Below are positions 26,742-38,840 of a DNA stretch of 64,000 nt, in pieces. The notes below the pieces were generated by a model. The model did not search any database and was not told where the DNA came from. It saw nothing but the letters and a program-made list of their open reading frames with translations. The DNA lies in contig NMRA01000222.1 in assembly GCA_002633005.1 (NCBI GenBank), forward strand, positions 124,001 through 188,000, given 5' to 3'. Source of the stretch: Phoronis australis. Taxonomy: Eukaryota; Animalia; Phoronida. Each line of letters opens with the position of its first letter. Within the stretch, counting starts at the first letter, position 1. The position numbers and the translations under genes were made by a program.

Positions 26742-27066
26742 TTACTTGGGGTTTACACACGCTGGCGGTGTCGTTTTGTTTTGCTGGAGACGTTTTTGTT
26801 TTTTTATTTTTGGGTCCTGGCCCAAGGGGGGGGTTAAACCCCCTGAACCCCCCCGCGTAGATCCGCCACTGAAATGTAGGGATGCAGGGGTCTCAAATTT
26901 ATGGATAAACGGGGTTTGTTCAAGGCCTGTGCATTGTCCTTTCCCCCCCGAACCCCCTCTGTGCGCGCATATGCTACTCAGCAATTCGCACCCCCAACTC
27001 CCAAATGGCATCTGGGAGAATTTTAGGGGGGCCTATGGCCCCCTTGCCCCCCCAAATCCGCCACTG
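26742..27066 (-). mobile_element. two adjacent G-rich hAT-type termini (CAGTGGCGGAT...)
   Basis: atccgccactg ends at 26871 and 27066, each preceded by poly-C runs; a matching left terminus cagtggcggat lies at 22470. Confidence 0.6.
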
Positions 27067-27547
27067 ATGATGAGACTCACAATACTAAGTCGCCTGAATC
27101 AGCCGGTGCTCACACAATAAAATGGCGAGTTTATTTCCATTCCCCGTACACGTGGGTAATAAGCTTGTGTGCGCTTGCAGGCATAGCAGTTAACAGCATG
27201 GCTTGGAATAATATGACAAAAAGGAAATTTTCCAGGTGATGTATCGTTCCACAAATAGACTTGTGCGATAGAAACGTTTTGTGTTGTAAAATTTAACTAA
27301 AATAAACGTTTTGCAAGAATAACGTCAAAATAATGATGAAAAGAGACAAAAAAAGAGTAAACTGGAAAAGGACTAAAAAGAAGTCGAAACCAAAAAAAGA
27401 GGAAATCCTCTTAAAAGAGAAAAGTTCCTAGCCCAGCAACAGATATGGCTATCACCAGTCAAAACTAATGCCTTGTTGGGTGATGTCCACGCTACATCGG
27501 GTCGAAATACGTCCAAAAAGCTCAACCGATTCTCGTATTTTTAAGCA

Positions 27548-27645
27548 ATAGTCACGTACTGGGGATCCTGGATGGTGAGTATCAGTTTGAAGCCCTTTTC
27601 AAGGGGAAATCTGGTTCTCTAAATCCGGGTCCCCTGTAAGTGACT
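27548..27645. mobile_element. ~100-bp hairpin MITE (same family as 15786-15885)
   Basis: agtcacgtactgggga...ctggttctctaaatccgggtcccctgtaagtgact. Confidence 0.55.
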
Positions 27646-28653
27646 TTTTAGCACTCACTTCTTCAAAAAAAAAATCCACCCGAGATGAGCAGAAATGATC
27701 TGGAATTGTTTTTTTTTACTTATCACTTAGTAAAACACGCCTTTCTGATGCTTTTCCAAAATCACTACACCTTGGCCAAAATTGTCACAAGAAGTTTTCT
27801 CGTTTGTCGGTGACAGCAGGTCTCAAAATGAGTAGAGGTGAAGACCAGAACCAACTACGCCTTTTTAGCCTAAAGTGCCATTTATAAAAAATAAACAGAC
27901 CCAAACAACAGTTTTACAACTGAATCTATGACATGACAGTTTAATCATTCAATTCCTTGGACAAGTAATAACAGGAGTAGAGCAGAAGGCTAGAAACTGC
28001 TTACCAATTTACCAAACAATTTTGAAAAGAAAATTCAACATACATTCATTTCTCCATTCACTTCTCCATTAAATATGATTAAAACGAAAGCAGGGTGAAG
28101 ACTGGTGATTTAACACTGAAAAGTACCAAAAGTTTTCTAACCGCGAGACTGAAAACGCAGTAGAAGTATTGCCAAAAGGACTAGTCACTCTGCTCAAAAA
28201 TACCTTAACTCAAATACACATATACACAGGCTGAAATGTACAAACATCATAATTTAATAACACACAACCTAAATATACATACTTTACAATAGGCTGTAAC
28301 GGATAAAATATTTGAGGTAAAGTACACAGAAATCAGAGCTCAACCTACTGACAACATATATGACAAATATTATAATAAAGAAATTTTGAAAAATTCCACG
28401 ATCTTGCACATTTCACCAAGGGAACTATATCTTTCACGCCATGCAAATGTAGATGTATAAACATACACCAGAATCATAATACGATAAGTTCCCTTTCCTA
28501 CCCAGCTTAACAATTCAGAATTAAATCTCTATAAATCACTAAAAACATTTACAGAGAAACTTCTCCTGTTAGGGACATTTGAAAATCAATTGCTTTCCTC
28601 AAGGTAAGACACATGATTCAATTAAGCTTATATAGTTTTGTAACAGTCACCAG

Positions 28654-29256
28654 TATGGAAAGCCAAAGTGGAAAAAATTGCAGGACATGAACTTTCCATT
28701 CAATAAATTCTCTGCAGGACCAAAAAATATATTCAAAACCAGAATTTATCGTGCCAGAACATATTTATCATGTCAGGACCAAACTTTAACTCATCAGGAC
28801 TGAAAATTTATCACACCAGGACACAGAATTTTTTGCCAGGAGACCACCTGACAATGACAATCTGCTGTGTCTCTGTAATACTCAGCGGCATTCAAGTCTG
28901 GTGTGTCCAAGTGCACATTGACTTCTGTTGTAAAACGTGGGAGACAACAGAAATTCAACCTCATTGTCACATTGTGTATCTATTATATCATCTCTGTGAG
29001 GAGTCATGTGCTTGTGGATGGTAATATGGTCTCCTGGCATGAAATTTTCCCAATGTGAACTTTTCCTGATGTTTGAAACTTTCCTGACGTAATTAATTTT
29101 ATGTCCTGGCATGATAAATGTTCCATCCTCACGTGTTCAGTTTTTGTCCTGACGTGATGACTTTTAGTTTTGAGTATATTTTTGATCCTGCAGAGAATCT
29201 AATTCTTCAATAGAAAAGTTGGTGTCCTGCATTTTTTTCTGCTTAGGGTTTCCATA
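28654..29256. mobile_element. fold-back MITE, 603 bp, 6-bp TSD
   Basis: Termini TATGGAAA/TTTCCATA; long imperfect inverted arms with repeated caggac motifs; TSD CACCAG at 28648-28653 and 29257-29262. Confidence 0.8.
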
Positions 29257-30154
29257 CACCAGTAACCAGTAACAAGTTGCCAGTCGCAAACAGTCACCCC
29301 TTGAGGAACCCAGAAATTTGAACAGTAGAACATTATGATCAACTGAATATCAGCCATCAATATCCACTGCCATGCAAGGCTACACAATAACGTTACAGAA
29401 CAATATGTATAATACAGCACACACCTACTCTTTACATCCAAACAGAACATTGAAGCTGAGGCACAAAAACTGTCACAGTGCTTTTAGCAGTCAGGCACAG
29501 CCATATCTCCTGGGACGCAAACAAATTAGATTCGTGTACCAGTAAAACATTATATAACAACAAATGACTGTGTGCTGCCCATCTAGAAAATCCTTCTAAG
29601 CAGACGGTATATTCCGATTCAGCATTTTTCGTGCGTTCATTACTCACAGTACTCTGAGATCATAAACCTAAAGGAATACCTGAATTTCTAGAAAGCCTGG
29701 TCGGAGATTTCTACTCAGCAGCAGAAAATTCCAATTTTGAATATCATTCAAACTGAGCCAATAGTTTTCAGAAGAAAATAACACAGTCGCAATGGACATG
29801 CAGGGTACTGTTATGGTGATAATTATGAATGATATCGAAAGAAAATGAACTGTGATCATTAAGAAATAACATGAAAATGTGTTAAGGTCTCAATCCTGTC
29901 AGAATTGCATCAGCGTTTACAGAAAAGTTCAGTCAACTAAAAAATGTGGGAATTTTTGCACTGAGGTGACCCTAGGTGCTGAAAGACATTTCCCATTCAT
30001 TTCACAAACACAATCAACACATAACCCAAGGTATCTCAGGGTATTTTTCGATAACGAAATCAACTACTAATCATTTCGAAAGGTTTCGAATGAAGAGCAG
30101 GTACCTGACCAGCAAGTATATTACTCCCAGGCAACTATTCAAAGCTGTTGGACA

Positions 30155-31369
30155 TCATTTGCGAAAGTCTTTCAGATACTGTGTCCAAATTTGCAAAAGT
30201 TCATTTGGCTTGAAGGCTCCATGACACGCAATCATAGTTTTGTACATATCCCTGCTGTAATTCTTTCTATTTGGATAAACAAAATCATTATGAATAGCTT
30301 CAATCCCAAGCTTCTTAGCAACAATTCCAACGTACACATCATCAAAGTTGATCATTTTTGTGTATTGAAATCCTACATAAAAGTCCCTGACCATTTCCAA
30401 ATTCAAAAACAACGATCCTGTGGTAGCATAGTTGGGAAATCGATCGAGAGGATAATCCACTTCAGAAATGTACCACTTGTCTCCGAGTTTATTGCGCGAA
30501 GGCTGCGGATGTAGCGGAACAAATCCCATGTACAGCCGAGGCATCTTCAACACTTGCTCTGATGATAACAGCTTAACAACATTCGACGGGATAACCATCA
30601 TGTCATCATCCGTGAACATCACGTAACGGACATTTTTGCAGTGAGCAGTTGCCCACTTCATGCCCATGATTATTTTTTTGGTGTTATTGAAATAATGATC
30701 ATTGAAATTCTCTTGTAAAATATCTTTATGTCGATTATCTTCCTCACTCAACTTCTTCTGCACGGACGCATTTGTTGTAGAACCGATCATGAATATTGTT
30801 CTAACCTCAAACCCACTATACATACTTTCATTTCCCCAAGTCTGTCTTATAGCTGTGCGCACATCAAAACTATCCGGTCTCGTTTTTACCAAGATTAATA
30901 AAAATATGTTCTTCGCATTTCTACACTTATGCTTATTGTGAATGATGTACTCAAATGAATGAGAATTTATTGGTTTAACGTTCACTGTTTGCCCTCGTCG
31001 TACATCCGAAACGACTTGCTTCAGGTCTACATTAAGAGGATAGTACCTGAAAAGACTGAATGGATTAACGCGGTTAGGGTTGAACTTTGGACCTTCCTCA
31101 TGCGCATGTTTAGGTACAGCAGGTGTTGCCTTAATAGTCACAGGTTTCTGAGGAACAACGAGTGCTTTTGCACCAGCCCCGTTATTTTTAGTCGCAGAAA
31201 TGTTTCGATCATCCTTTGCCTTTGGGTTTGGCTTTCCTTGCACGGAGGCCGTCTCTTCTTTCGTGGGTGTTGAGTTATTACATGGAAAAACACAAAATAT
31301 CCGTAGGAATAGAACGAAAATGAACGTTGCCAACACCACTGGAAAAAGTCTCCGAAATTTCCGTAACAT
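30155..31369 (-). CDS. beta-1,3-glycosyltransferase, GT31/Galactosyl_T family, brainiac-like; single coding exon, 404 aa
   Basis: Type II membrane topology (MLRKFRR + hydrophobic anchor + P/K/A-rich stem). GT31 motifs: FLLILVKT, RTAIRQTWG, DILQENFNDHYFNNTKK, WATAHC, YVMFTDDD, KWYIS..YP...FPNY, DDVYVG. The DDVY variant of EDVY is seen in brainiac-type enzymes. Confidence 0.93.
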   Translation of the reverse strand: MLRKFRRLFPVVLATFIFVLFLRIFCVFPCNNSTPTKEETASVQGKPNPKAKDDRNISATKNNGAGAKALVVPQKPVTIKATPAVPKHAHEEGPKFNPNRVNPFSLFRYYPLNVDLKQVVSDVRRGQTVNVKPINSHSFEYIIHNKHKCRNAKNIFLLILVKTRPDSFDVRTAIRQTWGNESMYSGFEVRTIFMIGSTTNASVQKKLSEEDNRHKDILQENFNDHYFNNTKKIIMGMKWATAHCKNVRYVMFTDDDMMVIPSNVVKLLSSEQVLKMPRLYMGFVPLHPQPSRNKLGDKWYISEVDYPLDRFPNYATTGSLFLNLEMVRDFYVGFQYTKMINFDDVYVGIVAKKLGIEAIHNDFVYPNRKNYSRDMYKTMIACHGAFKPNELLQIWTQYLKDFRK

Positions 31370-33059
31370 ACTGAAGGCACGTTTTCCCCTTAAACGTAAT
31401 TATATTCTTTTTCGTTTCACAGACATCGAGCCCTCTTTGAAAGCGGAACCGGAAAAATATTTTACCCACAATACATTCAAATTACCTTGATTTCCAACAG
31501 GGCGCGCGCGATACTTTGTGCTTCTTCATTCACCAGGTAGCGCGACTAACCAATGAGTTGGAAGATTGAAGACTGAAGTCAACAAAAGCATTTGGAAATT
31601 TGTGTTCACTCGCCCCTAATTTTATTGTTTTTGGTTTAACAAAATCCTATTGCTTATCAATGAAAGCTCAGTCATTTCCTTTCCAACGATATCAAATTCT
31701 GAAAAGAAAGACTGCTAAATGCGGATAAGAGAGAAAACTCAAGAGAATATTTTACAACTCTATCCCCAGTGCATGCCCTTTTGAGGATCGATCCCGGCTG
31801 GCCACATGACATTGTTGTTGGGGTCTCTGCTTTCACAGCACAGATCGTCTCAACGCACTTGGAAACGTGCACGTAATCATTCATACAACCAAAAAATCGA
31901 GAAAATTTGTAAAGCGAAGCTTTTGCAGAGCGTACTAATTTACTAGATTTTAAATTCAGTAAGACTGCGACCATATTTTTCCAGAGCCCCCTCGCTGGCA
32001 AAGGATAATGGAGACGACTGTCGCTTTTTTCTCGAACTGTATATCACTTGAGAAAAATTGATGACCTGACAGATATCACCAATTGCTGCACATTTCTTGA
32101 TAAGTATTTGCACATAGAGGGGCCCCACGTCTGAAGGAGGCCATTGATGACATTCAAATGACCACAGTTTTTATATTTCTATTGACAAATTCTTAAGGGT
32201 AAGCACACGGAGAGAGGACCCAATGTTGGATCCGATTACGTCTATTTTCCTGTTTTTTGTGAAATCGTGCAACCAACTTTCATGTTGAAGAATGTCACTT
32301 CCTACACCGTCGTGACCGGGTCACACGACGGTGGAATGAACTGTCACTTTTTTTTCAAGCTTAATGCTGTTTAGCTTTTCATTATTAAGGTGTCCCATTT
32401 CAGACGGGACCCTCTCTCGGTGGAGCAGTTAGGAGAAATGTCGCTTTGTTCCTCTTTACACGTAAATCCGACACTGCCAAGTATTCACGAGGCCAGTTGT
32501 GATTCGAAATTCATCACAAAAAAACATTCATGCACAGCACAGCAGTATCAAGACATTCGACCCAAACAACCAAAAAAAAAAATTGAAAAAATACCATAGG
32601 ACTGACCGCCATCGACAGGAAGTACGGAAATTTAAAGAACGTGAAGACCGTTGTTTGTTAATTACACAAAAGGACTATTTCCTATGGTAAGTTATAAACT
32701 AATGTTACTGTTCCCCATATTATCGCAAGAATAGTATGTCTCTTTTGAAGACGGTTACTACGAGTTGTTTGTAAGGAATTTCCACATGTGGAAAACACTG
32801 CTGTCGAGGCTACCATTGGGGTGACCGTGCACATGTCGAACGAGTGTACCCAAATACTCGCAATAATAAACAAATTAAACAAATATTTCAGCGTTTTTTT
32901 TTTTGAGGTCAAGTTAAATTCGGGAACCGTTATAGATCCCTCGGAAAGAGAAAAAATACACCTCACTGTGAATGCCCAATCTCCCATATTCCCCCGGTTA
33001 CCTGCGAGCATGTGTGCGGAAATTGCTTATAACATTCCTTTTTGATTAACAAATTCGTT

Positions 33060-33685
33060 GGTTTGTGATATACATGTTTATGTATCTATGAAAACCGACA
33101 GGTTAATAGGTGATTTTTGGCAATTAGAAGCTAATCTTTTAAGAAATGATGACGATTCGGGGAATTAAGTCGAAGCCTGAATCCGATCCCCAAATAGTAA
33201 AGTGCACTTGGGCGATTTTTGCCTATCTAAAATACTCTCAAAAACATTGATGAAATTTGGACACTTCCCAAAAGAATTTACTCAGAATTTAAATGACAAT
33301 AAATGCATTGCTTTTTGACTTCGTTACAAGATTTGTTGTTTAAAGTCACTAATAGGGGATTAAAAAGAAATTAAGTCATTAAATCGAGCTAAACGCATTG
33401 CTCATGGATTTGATTGTTGGTTTCTGATTTACATGTTTATGTATCTACGAAAGTGAATTGGTTGAGAGATGATTTTTTTGACAATTAGAAGCTAATCTTG
33501 TAAGAAATGACAATACTTCAATGCATTTAATTGCAGGTCGACATTGGGAAAATTCGACCTCAGATCCCCAAATATAAAATTACACTAAACGATTTCTGTC
33601 TATCTGAAATAAGTCAAAGAAATTGACGAATTTCGGACAACTCAACAATCTGTCCTAAAATGTTCTCACAATTCAAATGACAATT
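33060..33685. repeat. diverged ~370-bp tandem duplication
   Basis: tacatgtttatgtatcta...caattagaagctaatctt.taagaaatga...gatcccca...aaatgacaat occurs twice (from ~33071 and ~33430). Confidence 0.7.
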
Positions 33686-33971
33686 GCTTAGGAACTAGAT
33701 TATTGGGTTTAAGTTTACAAACCCGGTAGATGAAAAACGAAGTTTAGGTACATGTACTAGAATAAATAAAATCAAACTTATTGGTCATCAACTTGGAAAG
33801 GTTGTCTTTGAACTTCCTCGATGTTTTTGGTTTCCAGTAGTATTGCGCGATAAATTTTTGTAATCTTCAAAACTGAATCGTTTACTTGAATTTCCCGTGC
33901 ATACTACACACAGGGCATTCCCGCATCCAGCCTAAAATTAAGGGGGAGGGGGGGGGGCTCGAATTTTTGAG

Positions 33972-34711
33972 NNNNNNNNNNNNNNNNNNNNNNNNNNNNN
34001 NNNNNNNNNNNNNNNNNNNNNNNNNNNNNNNNNNNNNNNNNNNNNNNNNNNNNNNNNNNNNNNNNNNNNNNNNNNNNNNNNNNNNNNNNNNNNNNNNNNN
34101 NNNNNNNNNNNNNNNNNNNNNNNNNNNNNNNNNNNNNNNNNNNNNNNNNNNNNNNNNNNNNNNNNNNNNNNNNNNNNNNNNNNNNNNNNNNNNNNNNNNN
34201 NNNNNNNNNNNNNNNNNNNNNNNNNNNNNNNNNNNNNNNNNNNNNNNNNNNNNNNNNNNNNNNNNNNNNNNNNNNNNNNNNNNNNNNNNNNNNNNNNNNN
34301 NNNNNNNNNNNNNNNNNNNNNNNNNNNNNNNNNNNNNNNNNNNNNNNNNNNNNNNNNNNNNNNNNNNNNNNNNNNNNNNNNNNNNNNNNNNNNNNNNNNN
34401 NNNNNNNNNNNNNNNNNNNNNNNNNNNNNNNNNNNNNNNNNNNNNNNNNNNNNNNNNNNNNNNNNNNNNNNNNNNNNNNNNNNNNNNNNNNNNNNNNNNN
34501 NNNNNNNNNNNNNNNNNNNNNNNNNNNNNNNNNNNNNNNNNNNNNNNNNNNNNNNNNNNNNNNNNNNNNNNNNNNNNNNNNNNNNNNNNNNNNNNNNNNN
34601 NNNNNNNNNNNNNNNNNNNNNNNNNNNNNNNNNNNNNNNNNNNNNNNNNNNNNNNNNNNNNNNNNNNNNNNNNNNNNNNNNNNNNNNNNNNNNNNNNNNN
34701 NNNNNNNNNNN
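33972..34711. other. assembly gap
   Basis: N run flanked by poly-G/poly-C tracts. Confidence 1.
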
Positions 34712-36170
34712 CCCCCCCCCCCCCAATAATTTTTTCCTTCTCACGGGCCAGTATCAATTAGTCTACTGACAGAACACAAAACTAGAGAATTTAAGTCAAC
34801 AGCTTAAATTCATATTAAAAGCAGCCGCTTGTAGAAAGTTGGACACCATACCAAGCCGCCACATGAGCAATCTTGGTAAAATTTAGCATGTAAAAACAAG
34901 AGTTCAGAATAGTTTTATTACAACAACCAGACACTGGTATGAAAGTGATAGAATTTTGTTTAATACAATATCTGGCAGTTACTTAAATCATATTTTACTT
35001 TTTACTTTTGTGGAACCTTTGAGTTTTTCTTAGGCCCAGCGCTACCTTATAATTCCCAGGTTTTTCACAAGAGGATTCAATGTTACGATTTAATTGCACC
35101 TGATGCAAAGTGAGAACAATTCTCAACACCGTTTTTAGAGAAAAGTCCAAGAGAGTCCACTGTTGTCCAGCCTTTCAGCCAGTGGCATCTCAACAGCAGG
35201 CACTTCCCCTAACACCACCTGCCACCACCATGGTTGCTATAGGAACAGGGTGATGGAAAACAGAAAAGACACGAGGGTTGAACATAGTATGAGGTAAGGC
35301 CACCGCATACCTGCTTAAACCTGCCTTCCAAATCGAGTGAGATTTGATTTTTTCTTGTCCAGGTGACACAATTACTCAGAGATTACAGTTGGTTGATAAC
35401 CGACATATAAATGACACAGTAAATCATAAACCACGATGGGTCATAGAAAATTCTATTTAACAAGTTTGATAAAGTACTATGTTTAAAACAAAACATGTGA
35501 ACACCGTAAATGACAGCAAATTTCACATTATACATAAAACGGACAAACCAAAAATAAAAATCACACCAGGCCCTAGCAATTGTTGACAAATCAGAAAACA
35601 CTCAATTATGCAGCAGAATGTGGTGGGACGTGTTCCTACGGCAACTGATTATCTTTCTTGAGTAAAAGTAAATGAAATAGAATTATGAGCTAAGCTATAA
35701 TATTTACATTCCAACACAAACACTGAACAGGACGAGACCAAAGACTGAAGATGAAAATTGGCTTCAATGTGAATGCTAGCTACATGTGTATTAAGGAATA
35801 CCAGACGACCACACATGAAAAGCACTCAAACATTGTCCAAACAATTAGTGAGACATTTTCATCACTGAAAATGAGAGGAATGCAAATGAATTGGAAATGC
35901 AACGCAGCACTTACTAAAGGTGAGTTAAAAAATAGGACAATTGCACATGTGAATAACATTTCTATCAATAGAAAAGTTAACCGAAGAATGATGTGGCAAG
36001 AGGCACTTGATAAATAACATAAGCAGATGAATGTGGAGTATTGATTTGTAAAACAACATGACACGCTATTGACATTTAACACAAATGTACAAAACGAGAG
36101 TCGATAACAACAGTAACGAATGTAAACCCTCAGCCCATCTATAATGCTGAAAGCACCTCTTGGTCAACCA

Positions 36171-38840
36171 CTACAACTCTTCCTTGCTGTTCTTCATCTT
36201 AGAGCAAGCGTCCAACGGTGGTTTGTCACCATAGCACAGGTATTTGCGGAATCCATCCTTCTTCTTCAAGTTCTCTCGATAGTTGGAGTACAACTCAGAC
36301 TCGCCAATTTCCCCGATATAAGTCTCGCACATGTCCAACATTCTTCCCGGCCACTTGCCACCTCCCTGCATCATTCCTGCAAGAAATTCCAGACAAATAA
36401 TGTATAATTGTATGAATGATTGATTTTTTGAAGAGTTTTAACAGTCGGCAATATACCTTGAGCTTACATTCAATTACGTTACCATACTTGTATTACTATC
36501 CATTTTTAACTTGTTTGCTAACGAATGTCTTTCATCTAGTCTCTTCAAAGTGCTTCTTTGTTATTCTTACTGTTCAATATATTTTAACAGTATTTCTCGT
36601 TTATCAGTACTATGCCTTTATTGTCTATTTGCTAGTGTGTTTTTTGTTTCTTTTTTTCATTTACTATCTATACACATTTAGTTTGTGCACCGTTTTAAGA
36701 TGGTCCTTTGGGAGAATGGCAAATTTTACTGAACAGGCTCCTCTCTTTATCATGGGAGGATGCAGGATTTTGAGTTGGGGGGNNNNNNNNNNNNNNNNNN
36801 NNNNNNNNNNNNNNNNNNNNNNNNNNNNNNNNNNNNNNNNNNNNNNNNNNNNNNNNNNNNNNNNNNNNNNNNNNNNNNNNNNNNNNNNNNNNNNNNNNNN
36901 NNNNNNNNNNNNNNNNNNNNNNNNNNNNNNNNNNNNNNNNNNNNNNNNNNNNNNNNNNNNNNNNNNNNNNNNNNNNNNNNNNNNNNNNNNNNNNNNNNNN
37001 NNNNNNNNNNNNNNNNNNNNNNNNNNNNNNNNNNNNNNNNNNNNNNNNNNNNNNNNNNNNNNNNNNNNNNNNNNNNNNNNNNNNNNNNNNNNNNNNNNNN
37101 NNNNNNNNNNNNNNNNNNNNNNNNNNNNNNNNNNNNNNNNNNNNNNNAAATCCGCCACTGTTTATGAATGAATAAATAACAATGTACAGCCATAATTATG
37201 AAAGGTTTCCCCTCGATTGCATCACCCAGGTTGTCTGTGCTTATCACCAACACTGGCAAACTGCACAGTGCGTGAGTACTCATCACAAGAAAAATCAAAG
37301 GATTTGATTAAAGCTTATTTTAAAAGATCTGAGTCAGTAAAATAGGGGATTTTGCGTGTTGGAGCTATCAAGAGAGTATGAAAATGACTTCCGATTGATC
37401 CCGACTTAGATTTGGTGGGTGGACAGAAATTCAATTACCATTTGGTTTTCCATAAAAATACAGCCCCTCCCATTGTTTGATTTGATAAAATTCACTAAAC
37501 AAATTTATTTAAGCTTTTTGACACTAGTTGGGATCGAAATTCTCTCACTTTATCAACTGCAACGCACTGGCTTTGTCGCAAAAACATTTTTGCAACTTGG
37601 GAAATGTATGGAACAGGATGTCCTTGCTCATCAACTGATATTTCTACAGGTTTGCCTTTTTTCGTAAGGCATTGATACATCCCAAAGCACAGCAGAGGAT
37701 ATTTGCCCACATTATGATAGCAGGAAAGGTGTTACACCACTGTTAATACTAGTAGGTTGAAACATCCCATCCGCATTACATAGGATCTGTAGGTGGCGCT
37801 GAACACCAGTCCACCAAAGACATTAAATGCATTGAAGTGGTACCAAAACTCCACAATGTCCTAATTTGCTTAAGAAATGACTAATTAATCTACCACAACA
37901 CGAAACTTCTTGAACAGTTTTTCAAACTCGTCACAACAAAATTCAAAGTGAACACAGTGACAAGTCAAAAGAGGTTGTGGAGAACACTGGTTTGGAGTGT
38001 AAAAATTAAACCCCAGGCCCTAAACTCTTTTAACGAGTAATACTTATCTGAATAAACAGGAGCAGACTCGAGATCAGAGAATGAACAGCGAGAGCAATAG
38101 TCAAAGACTGGGCAAGGCATCTGATACTACTGAACTTCCCTCAAAATCTTATCGCCAGAGTCAATACCGGAACCTTCACTCTACATAATTGGTGATCACG
38201 GAGGGCAAAGATTTGGATCTTGATATATATTAACTATAATGCAAAGAATTTAGTTCTTAGATTATCAACCACCCTCGGCAAAATGTTTACGGGTACCACT
38301 ACCAGGGGTGCCTCGGTGTTCCCGCCTCAGAATCATGATGAAAATCAACATTTGTTACGTCATACTTCATGGCTTCACCCACAAACATAACAGAATAAAT
38401 TTTAAAACTGTGACAAGAAGCTCATACAAGATGCTCAAGAGCACAGTACCTGCAGCATTCTTCACAGGATCTGGTATGCCATCACCACTGAGACGCTTAA
38501 CTTTCTTCACCTCTTTCAATCCGTAATTTTCAAAAGTTTTGCTAGAGCATGCTTTCTCAAATGCGTCGAGAATTTCCGACTCCGGCAGGTCTCCATTGCG
38601 AGACTTGAACATCTCGTTGGCTTTCTTCAGATATTTTCTGAACTGGAACGCAATTGCCCAACAAGCATCGCATCTCAGATTCGCTGGCATAAAGGAGCTA
38701 TGAGATTCCTCATCGTTTAACGACGGAGGTTTGAAGCTAAGTTTCCCGCCCATTCCATCGGGATTCTCCTCCATGGTTGGCTGGCACAGAACAGCGGTAA
38801 CACATGCGAGGACCAGTAATATGCAGAGTTGATAATCCAT
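36171..38840 (-). CDS. MZB1: MZB1/pERp1-like ER-resident saposin-fold (Canopy-related) protein, 2 coding exons, 198 aa
   Basis: Exon 38840-38450: signal peptide, P.LNDEE.HS..MPANLRCDAC.AIAFQ, ACS...F.NYGLKEV..VKRLSG.G. Exon 36376-36171: GMMQGGGKWPGRM...CETYIGEIGE..LY...LC...AC, ending KEEL (ER retrieval). Phase-1 GT-AG intron. An acceptor near 38894 implies an upstream non-coding exon. Confidence 0.88.
36751..37160. mobile_element. G-rich CA...TG MITE spanning an assembly gap (36783-37147)
   Basis: Left end catgggaggat, right end atccgccactg; TTTAT directly repeated on both flanks. Confidence 0.55.

Noticed and set aside
33882-37298. Long ORFs of 135-291 aa in the track
   Set aside because: They are made of X residues spanning N gaps.
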